Assembly (NCBI GenBank): GCA_945969495.1
Contig: CAMFOH010000003.1
Coordinates: 1 to 32,000, forward strand
Direction: 5' to 3'
Source of the DNA: an uncultured Mollicutes bacterium
Lineage (GTDB): Bacteria > Bacillota_I > Bacilli_A > RF39 > UBA660
Length of the DNA stretch: 32,000 nt
Under the pieces are notes generated by a model, which saw nothing but the letters and a program-made list of their open reading frames with translations, did no database searches and was not told where the DNA came from. A program made the translations under genes and the position numbers. Below, in pieces: positions 15,414 to 24,212 of this stretch (the first letter of the stretch is position 1; each line of letters opens with the position of its first letter).

Positions 15414-15869
15414 ATGAAAGTAATAGTAGTAGATGATAATAAGAAAAATAAGAAGAATAAGAAGAATAAAAATTTAGAAATTGAGTATCGTTTAAACTTG
15501 TTTTTAGAATGGCTTATTTACATGTTTGGGTATGCACTAGTGCTAATTATTGCTTCTAATTTATTTAGATCATTATATGTAGAAAATTTTTTATATGGTT
15601 TTTTAGCAGCGATTATTATTTATGTTCTTAACAAAACCATAAAGCCGTTTTTAGTAACTATTTCATTACCATTAATTGGCATGTCACTTGGGTTATTTTA
15701 TTTTGTTATAAATGTTTTTATACTTTTACTGGTAACTTTAATTTTAGGCAAACATTTTTATTTAACTGGTTTCTTATCACCTTTTATAGTATCTATATTT
15801 ATAAGTATAATGAACGTTTTAATGGAAAGTTTTATAATAAAACCACTTATAGAAAGGTGTAAAAAATAA
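15414..15869 (+). CDS. YvlD-like / phage holin superfamily IV (PF04020-type) 4-TM membrane protein with a KKN-repeat N-terminus
   Basis: Four hydrophobic helices and a size of about 150 aa. Occupies the position between uvrA and lgt, as yvlD does in Bacillus. The family call is from memory. Confidence 0.55.
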   Translation: MKVIVVDDNKKNKKNKKNKNLEIEYRLNLFLEWLIYMFGYALVLIIASNLFRSLYVENFLYGFLAAIIIYVLNKTIKPFLVTISLPLIGMSLGLFYFVINVFILLLVTLILGKHFYLTGFLSPFIVSIFISIMNVLMESFIIKPLIERCKK

Positions 15870-15870
15870 T

Positions 15871-16680
15871 ATGAGTAAGATAGCTATTAGTATGGGACCA
15901 ATTACAATAACTTGGTATTCTATTTGTATTCTTTTAGGAATAATATTAGCAGGAATAATAATTAATAAAGAGGCTAAAAGAAGTAATATACCAGCTACTT
16001 TTATAACAAATCTTATTTTTTGGTGCGTTGTTTTTGGTATTATAGGAGCAAGAATATATTATGTTTTATTTAATTTAGATTATTATAGTTCTTATCCAAT
16101 TGAAATAATAAAAATATGGAATGGGGGACTTGCTATTCATGGGGGAATGATAGCAGGCTTAATTACACTAATAATTTATTGTAAGAAATATAAAGTTAAT
16201 GGTTTAAAGATGTTAGATATAGCTGTTCCAGGTCTTATTTTAGCTCAAGCAATTGGAAGATGGGGAAACTTTTTTAATGCGGAAGCTCATGGTGGTGTTG
16301 TATCAAAAGCTTTTTTAGAAGGACTTCACTTGCCAAAATTTATTATTGAAGGTATGCATATTGGTGGTAATTATTATCATCCAACATTTTTATATGAATC
16401 TATTTTTTGTTTGATTGGTTTTTTTGTTTTGGTTGGTATAAGAAGTTTAAAAAATACTAAATTAGGAAACACAACGGCGGTATATCTTATATGGTATGGT
16501 GTTGTTAGATTCTTTATAGAATCACTTAGAACTGATAGTTTAATGCTTGGAAATATAAAAATGGCACAATTAATTTCTATTTTAATGATTATTATAGGAA
16601 TAGTAATGTTTATAATTACTAAGAAAAAATGTAAAAATTATGATCTAGAGGTGGCTGGTGAAGATGAAATCAAAATCTAG
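15871..16680 (+). CDS. lgt: Prolipoprotein diacylglyceryl transferase
   Basis: Motifs GARIYYV, GGLAIHGG and GRWGNFFNAE. Multi-TM protein. Confidence 0.94.
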   Translation: MSKIAISMGPITITWYSICILLGIILAGIIINKEAKRSNIPATFITNLIFWCVVFGIIGARIYYVLFNLDYYSSYPIEIIKIWNGGLAIHGGMIAGLITLIIYCKKYKVNGLKMLDIAVPGLILAQAIGRWGNFFNAEAHGGVVSKAFLEGLHLPKFIIEGMHIGGNYYHPTFLYESIFCLIGFFVLVGIRSLKNTKLGNTTAVYLIWYGVVRFFIESLRTDSLMLGNIKMAQLISILMIIIGIVMFIITKKKCKNYDLEVAGEDEIKI

Positions 16681-17581
16681 TTATGATGTTATTATAATAG
16701 GTGCTGGTCCAGGTGGTATATCAGCAGCCATATATCTAAAAAGAGCAGGCATAAATCCGCTAGTTTTAGAAGCTGATGCACCAGGTGGAACATTAAACAA
16801 AACACATAAAATAGAAAACTATCCAGGTTATGTTGATAAAGATGGAACGACACTTGCTTTTAGAATGTACAGTCAAATAGAAGAACTTGGTGTTACTTTT
16901 AAAACTGAAAAGGTAATTAATATTGAAAATGAAAATAATTTTCATAAAGTAATAACCGAAAATAACGTTTATGAGTGTAAATATATAATTATTGCAACTG
17001 GTAAAATCCCAAGAAAGTTAGATATAAAAGATGCTGATAAATATAACGGAAAGGGAGTTTCCTATTGCACAATATGTGATGGAACGCTTTATAAAGGAAA
17101 AACGATTGCAATAGTAGGTGGTGGAAACTCTGCTATGGAGTCCGCTTCATACATGAAAGACATTGCTAAAAAAATATATATAATTAATAGATCACCGGTT
17201 TTAAGGGCGGATGAAAAAGAACAAAAAGAAGTATTAAATAATAACAATGTAGAAGTTATTTATAATAGTAAAATAAAAGAAATAATAGATAAACAAGGTT
17301 TAATTACTGGTATAAAGTTAGATAACGAAAAACAATTAGAGGTATCAGCGATATTTGTTTGCATTGGACAAGAATCAAACTTAGCATATTATCAAAATTT
17401 AAATTTAAAAACCGATAATTTAGGAATAATAGTAGATGTTAATATGAAAACAAGTGATGATTATGTATATGCTTGTGGTGATGCTATTAGTAAAAGTTTA
17501 TATCAAGTTGTAACCGCTGTAAGTGAAGGTGCTATTGCAGCTACCAATATTATTAAGAACATAAAAAAGAAATCTAATTAA
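16664..17581 (+). CDS. trxB: Thioredoxin-reductase-like flavoprotein disulfide reductase (low-Mr TrxR family) with a non-canonical NADPH-site motif
   Basis: GAGPGG FAD motif, redox CTIC (17066-17077), and a GGGNSAMES second dinucleotide motif. The HRRxxxR position reads NRSPVLR. ATG at 16664 has a GAGGTGG RBS; the ORF track starts at GTG 16658. Confidence 0.8.
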   Translation: MKSKSSYDVIIIGAGPGGISAAIYLKRAGINPLVLEADAPGGTLNKTHKIENYPGYVDKDGTTLAFRMYSQIEELGVTFKTEKVINIENENNFHKVITENNVYECKYIIIATGKIPRKLDIKDADKYNGKGVSYCTICDGTLYKGKTIAIVGGGNSAMESASYMKDIAKKIYIINRSPVLRADEKEQKEVLNNNNVEVIYNSKIKEIIDKQGLITGIKLDNEKQLEVSAIFVCIGQESNLAYYQNLNLKTDNLGIIVDVNMKTSDDYVYACGDAISKSLYQVVTAVSEGAIAATNIIKNIKKKSN

Positions 17582-17601
17582 AAAATGTTAGATTTTTTTT
17601 G
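17570..17601 (+). terminator. Rho-independent terminator
   Basis: Stem AAATCTAA (17570-17577) pairs with TTAGATTT (17588-17595), followed by a T-run. Confidence 0.6.
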
Positions 17602-17689
17602 ATTTAACAATATTTTTAATCTTTATCAGAAAGATAATTATATAAAAAATCAATAATTTAATTTAAATAAATAAAAACACCTGGATATG

Positions 17690-17718
17690 TTGAAAAAGAA
17701 ATCTTTATTTGTTATAAT
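17690..17718 (+). promoter_or_regulatory. whiA promoter: -35 TTGAAA, 17-nt spacer, -10 TATAAT
   Basis: TTGAAA at 17690-17695 and TATAAT at 17713-17718, preceded by TGT (extended -10). Confidence 0.6.
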
Positions 17719-17742
17719 CATAAAGGTAAGGAAAGTGATAGT

Positions 17743-18675
17743 ATGACATTCTCAAGTAAAATTAAACAAGAAATTAGTACAACTGAGTGTACTAGGGCAG
17801 AATATCTATCTGAACTATCTGGAATAATTAGAACTAATGCAGAAATAAAGATATATAACATTAAGATACAAACGGAAAATAAGTTTGTTGCAAATAGGAT
17901 TTTTGGTTTGTTTAAAATCCTTTATGATATTAATCTAAATATAACTTTAAGAAAAAATTATAATTTTAAGAAAAATGAAATATATGTATTAGAGCTTAAA
18001 AGAGACACGTTAAAGATATTAAGAGATCTTGGAATTGTAAGCGATAAAAATGAACTTCTTAGAATACCAAGTGAATCATTGTTATCTGATGAAGAATTAA
18101 AAAGAGCTTATTTAAGAGGTGTATTTTTAGTAAGCGGTAGTTTAAATGACCCAAAAACATCAAGATATCATTTGGAATTTTTAATTGGAGATACAGAGTA
18201 TGCTAACTTCTTAAATTCATTATTAAAAGATAACTATCTTAATAGTAAAATATTACATCGTAAAAAAGGGTATATGATATATATTAAAGAAGCGGAAAAA
18301 ATAAGTGATTTTTTAAGACTTATAAGAGCTTACAACGGGGTTATGTATTATGAAGAAATAAGAGTATACCGTGAAAAAATAAACATGACTAACAGACTTA
18401 ATAATTGTGAACAAGCAAACGTAGAAAAAACGATGCTTACTTCTAATAAACTAATTAATGATATATCACTTATAAAGCAAAAAGATATGTTTGATTTATT
18501 AGATGAAAAAGTAAAAGAAAGTGCTATATATAGAGAAAAATATCCAGAGTCATCTTTGTTAGAATTAAGTAAAATAATGACTTTAGAAACTGGTGGCAAG
18601 ATAAGTAAATCATGTTTAAATCATAGGTTTAGAAAGATAAAAGATTTAGCTGATAAAATAAGAAAAGAAAATTAA
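17743..18675 (+). CDS. whiA: DNA-binding protein WhiA (sporulation/cell-division regulator family)
   Basis: MTFSSKIKQEIS N-terminus, degenerate LAGLIDADG-like domains, and a C-terminal HTH (SSLLELSKIM...ISKSCLNHRFRKI). Confidence 0.92.
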   Translation: MTFSSKIKQEISTTECTRAEYLSELSGIIRTNAEIKIYNIKIQTENKFVANRIFGLFKILYDINLNITLRKNYNFKKNEIYVLELKRDTLKILRDLGIVSDKNELLRIPSESLLSDEELKRAYLRGVFLVSGSLNDPKTSRYHLEFLIGDTEYANFLNSLLKDNYLNSKILHRKKGYMIYIKEAEKISDFLRLIRAYNGVMYYEEIRVYREKINMTNRLNNCEQANVEKTMLTSNKLINDISLIKQKDMFDLLDEKVKESAIYREKYPESSLLELSKIMTLETGGKISKSCLNHRFRKIKDLADKIRKEN

Positions 18676-18765
18676 AATGCTATAAGGTATTTTAAAAAGA
18701 ACTTTTTTTTGATAGAATATAACTATCAGAATAATAATACGAATGTAGTGAGGGGAAGTGTAATC

Positions 18766-19560
18766 ATGGGCAAAATAATAGCTTTAGTAAATCAAAAAGG
18801 TGGAGTTGGCAAAACCACAACTAGTATTAATTTAGCAGCGTCATTGGGAGTACAAAATAAAAAAGTTTTACTTATTGATTTAGACCCACAAGGTAATGCT
18901 TCAACCGGAGTTGGAATAAATAAAGGTGATGTAGATAAAAGTATATATGACTTATTACTTGGTAGATGCATGCCAAACCAAGCTATAATAAGAACTAATT
19001 TTAAGAATTTAAGTATTATTCCTGCTACAATAAATTTAGCAGGAGCTGATATAGAACTCATTGAAAAAGCAAAGCAAGATCCTAATTTTCAAAAGAATAT
19101 GCAGCTTAAAATAGCTCTAGCGCCAATTAAGGATAATTATGATTTTATAATAATAGATTGCCCACCATCATTAGGGCTTTTAACTACTAATGCACTTACT
19201 TGTGCTAACTCAGTTCTAATTCCAGTTCAGTGTGAATTTTTTGCATTAGAAGGTATAATGCAACTTTTAAATTCAATAATGCTTGCACAAAAGAAACTTA
19301 ATCCTGGACTGGAGATAGAAGGGGTACTGCTTACTATGCTAGATTCAAGAACAAATTTAGGATTAGAAGTAGTAGAGGAAATAAGAGGCTTTTTTAAAGA
19401 AAGGGTTTATAATACATTAATACCAAGACTAATAAGATTAACCGAAGCTCCAAGCCATGGCAAACCAATTGTTGCTTATGATCCTATGAGTCGTGGTACT
19501 GAGGCATATCTTAACTTAGCAAAGGAGGTCATTGAACAAAATGAAAGAAGAAACGGGTAA
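18766..19560 (+). CDS. parA: Chromosome partitioning ATPase ParA/Soj
   Basis: Deviant Walker A NQKGGVGKTT and IIIDCPPSLG. Directly followed by parB. ATG at 18766 has a GAGGGGAAG RBS. Confidence 0.94.
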   Translation: MGKIIALVNQKGGVGKTTTSINLAASLGVQNKKVLLIDLDPQGNASTGVGINKGDVDKSIYDLLLGRCMPNQAIIRTNFKNLSIIPATINLAGADIELIEKAKQDPNFQKNMQLKIALAPIKDNYDFIIIDCPPSLGLLTTNALTCANSVLIPVQCEFFALEGIMQLLNSIMLAQKKLNPGLEIEGVLLTMLDSRTNLGLEVVEEIRGFFKERVYNTLIPRLIRLTEAPSHGKPIVAYDPMSRGTEAYLNLAKEVIEQNERRNG

Positions 19561-20428
19561 AAGAAGAGCTCTTGGAATGGGTCTAGAGCAATTATTTAAT
19601 TCAGAAATGCTAGATTTTGATCAAGTTGAAAAAGAGATAGTAAAAGAAACTCCAAAGGATGAAATCGTTGAAATAGATGTAAATGAGCTTATGAGTAATC
19701 CTTATCAACCAAGAAAAATTTTTGATGATGATGCATTAAGGGAACTTTCATTATCAATTAAAGAACATGGAGTTTTTCAGCCTATAATTGTAAAGAAAAG
19801 CGTAAGAGGATACAACATAATAGCAGGTGAAAGAAGGGTTAAAGCATCAAAATTAGCTGGTTTAACAAAAATTCCTGCAATAATAAGAGATTTTACTGAT
19901 GATGAAATGATGCAAGTTGCTTTATTAGAAAATTTACAAAGGGAAGATTTAACAGCAATTGAAGAGGCAAAAGCTTATAAATCAATAATTGAATCTTTAA
20001 GATTAACCCAAGATGAGTTAGCAAAAAGACTTGGAAAGTCTAGAAGTCATATCACTAATATGCTAGGACTTTTAAGACTTCCACTTAGTGTACAAGATAT
20101 GGTTTTGTATAACAAAATTTCTATGGGACATGCCAGGGTACTAAGTAAATTAGAAAGTCATGATCAAATAGAAGAACTTGCAAATCGTGTGGTAAATGAA
20201 AATCTAAGTGTAAGGGAGCTTGAAAATATTACAGAAGCTTCATCATTTACAAGAATGGCACCAGTAAAGAAGAACGTAAGAAACAAAGAATATAAATATG
20301 TAGAAGATGCAATGAAAGATAAACTTGGTACTAAGGTATCTATTTCTGGTAATAAGATTAAGATTTCTTTTGCAACAACAGAGGATCTTAATAGAATATT
20401 AGAAATTTTAAACATAGATGTAGAATAG
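19541..20428 (+). CDS. parB: Chromosome partitioning protein ParB/Spo0J
   Basis: GERRVKASKLAG ParB box and an HTH (LTQDELAKRLGKSRSHITNMLGLLRL). ATG at 19541 follows AAAGGAGG. Confidence 0.94.
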   Translation: MKEETGKRRALGMGLEQLFNSEMLDFDQVEKEIVKETPKDEIVEIDVNELMSNPYQPRKIFDDDALRELSLSIKEHGVFQPIIVKKSVRGYNIIAGERRVKASKLAGLTKIPAIIRDFTDDEMMQVALLENLQREDLTAIEEAKAYKSIIESLRLTQDELAKRLGKSRSHITNMLGLLRLPLSVQDMVLYNKISMGHARVLSKLESHDQIEELANRVVNENLSVRELENITEASSFTRMAPVKKNVRNKEYKYVEDAMKDKLGTKVSISGNKIKISFATTEDLNRILEILNIDVE

Positions 20429-20438
20429 AGGAATTAAC

Positions 20439-21245
20439 ATGAAAATATTTGGACTTTCAATAGTAAAAGAAATTTATATGCCGATAATAATTATATTTAT
20501 TGCAGTGTTAGTAGAAAAAGTTATAAAGTTAATTATAAAAAAGGCGTTTGATCCAAATAATAAACACCATAAATTTGATTCAAGAAAGATAAGTACAATA
20601 AGAAGTTTATTGTGTAATATTGTTAAATATATTGTTTGGGTAATTGCTATTTTATCAATTTTAGGTGTGTTTGGTGTTAATACCGCTGCTATAATAACTG
20701 GTTTAGGAGTTGTAAGCTTTGTAATTGGTCTTGCTTTTCAAGATATATTAAAAGATGTATTAGTCGGGGTATCAATTCTTTTTGAGAATCAATTCGCAGT
20801 AGGAGATTTAGTTAAAATTGGAGATTTTGAGGGAACTGTTATATCACTTGGTCTTAAGACAACAAGACTGCAGGCATATACTGGAGAAATTAAAATAATA
20901 TCTAACCGAAATATCACTGAGGTCATTAATTATAGCATGGATAAAACTTTAGCAGTTGTTGATTTAGCTGTTAGTTATGAGTCAAAAATTGATAAAGTAG
21001 AAAAAATTCTTATGGTAACAGCAGCTACAATAAAAGAAAAAATCCCTTCATTAGTTGGAGATATTGAACTTTTAGGAGTTCAGGAACTTTCTGATTCTGC
21101 TGTTGTATTTAGAATGGTAGGAAAGTGTAAACCTGCTAAACATTATGAAGTTCAAAGACAAATGAAAAAAGAATTTAAAAATGCTTTGGATAAGAATGGA
21201 ATTAAAATTCCTTATCCACAACTTGAGGTACATAATGAAAAATAA
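20439..21245 (+). CDS. Small-conductance mechanosensitive channel (MscS family)
   Basis: Three N-terminal TM helices, then FENQFAVGDLVKIGDFEGTVISLGLKTTRL, typical of the MscS beta domain. Confidence 0.88.
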   Translation: MKIFGLSIVKEIYMPIIIIFIAVLVEKVIKLIIKKAFDPNNKHHKFDSRKISTIRSLLCNIVKYIVWVIAILSILGVFGVNTAAIITGLGVVSFVIGLAFQDILKDVLVGVSILFENQFAVGDLVKIGDFEGTVISLGLKTTRLQAYTGEIKIISNRNITEVINYSMDKTLAVVDLAVSYESKIDKVEKILMVTAATIKEKIPSLVGDIELLGVQELSDSAVVFRMVGKCKPAKHYEVQRQMKKEFKNALDKNGIKIPYPQLEVHNEK

Positions 21246-21429
21246 TTATCAATTAGGTTCAGTCGTAGAAATGAAAAAAAATCATCCATGTGGTTGTAAT
21301 AAATTTAAAATAATAAGAATAGGTGTAGATATTAAAATAAGATGTGAAAGCTGTGGAAGAACAATAATGCTTTCAAGAATAGATTTTAATAAAAAGATAA
21401 AAAAGGTGTTGGAGGTTGAAAATGATTAA
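21235..21429 (+). CDS. DUF951 (YyzM-like) small zinc-ribbon protein
   Basis: MKNNYQLGSVVEMKKNHPCGCNKFKIIRIG..IRCESCGR. Lies next to the ychF region, as yyzM does in Bacillus. GAGGTA RBS. The ORF-track start at 21181 lies inside the MscS-family gene (20439-21245). Confidence 0.75.
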   Translation: MKNNYQLGSVVEMKKNHPCGCNKFKIIRIGVDIKIRCESCGRTIMLSRIDFNKKIKKVLEVEND

Positions 21430-22963
21430 AGATAAAAAAATTAAAAGATCATCACATCCCGTTATGTTCTTTATATATGTATCGGTTTTTGCTGTTCTTA
21501 TAAGTGCAATTACAAATACGTTAAATTTTCAAGTAACATATGACAAGTTAACAACTATAGCAGGTGAAGTAGATAAAGCAACAATGGCTGTTAATTCATT
21601 ACTTAGTTTAGATGGATTAAAGTTTTTGATTACTTCAGCCTATGATAATTTAACGTCTTTTGCTCCTTTTGGATCATTACTTATTGCTTCAATTGCTTTT
21701 GGTATAGCGTTGAAATCAGGTTTTTTAAAAACTTTATGTGGAAAATTAACCAAACGAATACCTAAGTCTGCAGTCGTATTTATATATTCATTAATATGTA
21801 TAATTGCAAGCGTTGATGGTAATACGGGTTATGTTATTCTTTTACCATTAGGTGCGGTGTTATTTATGAGTATGAATAGAAATCCAATAGGTGGTTTAGC
21901 TCTTGGTTTTGCGTCTATGGCAGGAGGCTATGGGGCTGGAATGTTTATTAACTCATTAGATTATAATTTATCTAGTTATACGGAAGCAAGTGCCAAATTA
22001 CTTGATTCTGAATATGTTGTAACGCAAAGTAGTAACTTAATATTTATAATAATTGCAGCATTATTAATATCAGCAATTTGTACCTTTATAACTGAGAAAT
22101 TTGTTTCTAGAAAATTAGGAAGAAATAACTTTGAAGAAGATGAAGAATTAATGTTAGATGAAAAAGAAGAAAATAAAGGGTTAATCGCGGTATTAGTATC
22201 TACAATAATTTTTCTTATTCCACTAATATTAATGATAATTCCTTCTACTTCAAATGGTTTTATTGGTTTATTACTTGATAAATCTCAAACTGTTTATTCA
22301 AAAATGATTTTTTCTAGTGATGCACTTTTGATGACTAATTTAGTTGGTATAATTTCTTTATTGCTTGTTATTCAAGGTTTTGTTTTTGGTTTATTTACTG
22401 GTACAATTAAAAAAATAAGGGATTTAGTTAACTTTTCTACGGATTATTTAAAAAGTATTGGAGGAATATTTGTACTTATTTTCTTTGCGGCCCAGTTAAG
22501 CGCAATCGTTAAAGAGTCAAATTTAGGAGTGGTAATAACTGGTAGTTTATCTAATCTTATTGCAGCCTCTGAATTTTCATTTGTTCCACTAATTTTACTA
22601 ATATTATTAGTGGCAATGATTACTAATATTTTTTTACCTACACCGGTTGCAAAGTGGTCAATTATAGCACCTAACATAATGCCAGCTGTTATGAAAGCTA
22701 ACATTACACCAGAATTTGCACAATTGGTATTTAGAGCAGGTGATTCAATAACTAATATAATAACTCCGCTATTTTCTTATTTTGTAATATTTATTGGTTT
22801 TATTGAGGTTTATACAAAAAATAAAAATGATTTTAGTATAAGAAATTGTTATAGATTAATCTTTCCATATTTTTTAGCAATTACACTTATGTGGTTATTT
22901 ATGATTATATGTTGGTATATAATAGGACTTCCAATTGGTCCAGGAGTATATCCAATGGTTTAA
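21422..22963 (+). CDS. AbgT-family (p-aminobenzoyl-glutamate/antimetabolite type) transporter
   Basis: About 515 aa with more than 10 TM helices. N-terminal ..SSHPVMFF.. and overall organisation fit AbgT from memory. GGAGG RBS lies 6 nt before the ATG at 21422. Confidence 0.7.
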   Translation: MIKDKKIKRSSHPVMFFIYVSVFAVLISAITNTLNFQVTYDKLTTIAGEVDKATMAVNSLLSLDGLKFLITSAYDNLTSFAPFGSLLIASIAFGIALKSGFLKTLCGKLTKRIPKSAVVFIYSLICIIASVDGNTGYVILLPLGAVLFMSMNRNPIGGLALGFASMAGGYGAGMFINSLDYNLSSYTEASAKLLDSEYVVTQSSNLIFIIIAALLISAICTFITEKFVSRKLGRNNFEEDEELMLDEKEENKGLIAVLVSTIIFLIPLILMIIPSTSNGFIGLLLDKSQTVYSKMIFSSDALLMTNLVGIISLLLVIQGFVFGLFTGTIKKIRDLVNFSTDYLKSIGGIFVLIFFAAQLSAIVKESNLGVVITGSLSNLIAASEFSFVPLILLILLVAMITNIFLPTPVAKWSIIAPNIMPAVMKANITPEFAQLVFRAGDSITNIITPLFSYFVIFIGFIEVYTKNKNDFSIRNCYRLIFPYFLAITLMWLFMIICWYIIGLPIGPGVYPMV

Positions 22964-22986
22964 AAGATGCTTTTTTGCATCTTTTT
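22962..22986 (+). terminator. Rho-independent terminator
   Basis: Stem AAAAGATGC with GCATCTTTT, a T-rich loop and trailing T-run. Confidence 0.7.
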
Positions 22987-23065
22987 CATTATGTTTACAC
23001 TTTATAATTAAAAATATTTGAGTATAAATAAAAATCAATTATAATAATACTAGAGGTGATACACT

Positions 23066-24130
23066 TTGAAATCAGAGTTTGAATTAAGGTCTCTTGATTT
23101 AGCTTTACAAAGATTATTAGAAGATAATGTTCTTAAAAATAAAGAACAAAAAGAAAAATTATTTGAAGTATATAAAAAAGACCCTAGAAAGTATAGCTTA
23201 ATTCATGAAGAAATAAGAAAATTAAGATTTGATAAAGAACTTTTAGAAAAAATGTTAAAAAAAGATGAACTAATCGCTGGCAAAAATTCTAACTCAATTG
23301 ATACTAATAAAAAGGCAGAATACGCCTTATCTTTAGAAAATATAACTGAATTTGAAAAGGATGGAAAAAGTTATATAAAAATACATTATCCCTATCCTTA
23401 TGATAATGTAAGAATAATAGAAAATAGAACAGATCCACATCAAACAGGAAAAGAGCGTTTTGAGGCATTATCTGGGACTCAAAAAGTTATAAGTACAGAT
23501 GGTGTTACAAATGCAACTTCTATTTTTGAACAATCATTAGTAAGAGATTGCCACGAAATTAACGTAAGAGACATTAAGGAAGTTTCTACTGCTACAGAGT
23601 ATTCAAAATTATCTTTTGAACAAAAAGAAAAAGTATATGGAACGATAAAATCAATTATTTATAATTTGCCTGTTTCTGATGAAGAAAAAAGAGTATTAAG
23701 TAGTAAGTCTGTAGATGCAATGCTTGAAGCGCTTAATAAAAAAGTGTACATTTCTCCAGAAGATAATATTGTTGTTATATGCGAACAAAATGAGCCTGAA
23801 AAAGATGAGGTGAAAACTCTTAGTGTTACTGAAAGGGTAAATAAAAACGGAAGTATATCAAAAAATTATACTTTAAAACCAGTAAATGAAAATGGATATA
23901 AATATGAAGAGTCAAACGATGAAATTGAATATGAAAATATTGAATTTGAAAAACAAAATGAAGAAGATATAGAAAAAGAAATGGGGGTTTCTTTAAAACC
24001 AAAAGCTCCTTGGCAAAAAAGAAGAAAAAAAGAAGCTGCTTTCATTAGCATTTTATGGTTTGTTATCTTTTTAGGTGTAATAGCTGCTATAATTTTTGTA
24101 TCTTTAATTAATTTAATCATAAACAAATAA
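23066..24130 (+). CDS. Hypothetical tail-anchored membrane protein (charged/coiled N-terminal region, single C-terminal TM)
   Basis: Long ORF with a TTG start 6 nt after the AGAGGTGA RBS. C-terminal KRRKKEAAFISILWFVIFLGVIAAIIFVSLINLII. I recognise no family. Confidence 0.65.
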   Translation: MKSEFELRSLDLALQRLLEDNVLKNKEQKEKLFEVYKKDPRKYSLIHEEIRKLRFDKELLEKMLKKDELIAGKNSNSIDTNKKAEYALSLENITEFEKDGKSYIKIHYPYPYDNVRIIENRTDPHQTGKERFEALSGTQKVISTDGVTNATSIFEQSLVRDCHEINVRDIKEVSTATEYSKLSFEQKEKVYGTIKSIIYNLPVSDEEKRVLSSKSVDAMLEALNKKVYISPEDNIVVICEQNEPEKDEVKTLSVTERVNKNGSISKNYTLKPVNENGYKYEESNDEIEYENIEFEKQNEEDIEKEMGVSLKPKAPWQKRRKKEAAFISILWFVIFLGVIAAIIFVSLINLIINK

Positions 24131-24151
24131 GATAGATTACTATCTTTTTTA
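24129..24151 (+). terminator. Rho-independent terminator
   Basis: Stem AAGATAG (24129-24135) pairs with CTATCTT (24140-24146). Loop is ATTA, followed by a T-run. Confidence 0.65.
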
Positions 24152-24160
24152 TTTATACAA

Positions 24161-24189
24161 TTTACATCAAATTTTTAAAATGTTATAAT
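24161..24189 (+). promoter_or_regulatory. ychF promoter: -35 TTTACA, 17-nt spacer, extended -10 TGTTATAAT
   Basis: TTTACA at 24161-24166 and TATAAT at 24184-24189. Confidence 0.6.
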
Positions 24190-24212
24190 ACTTTAACAAA
24201 GGAAGTGATAAT

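Noticed and set aside
18676-20428. parS site (TGTTNCACGTGAAACA) in or near parA-parB
   Set aside because: No match is seen. The only CACGTG hexamers I noticed (about 29816 and 30064) lie in unrelated contexts without the flanking GTTTCAC/GTGAAAC arms. A computational search allowing mismatches is still advisable.
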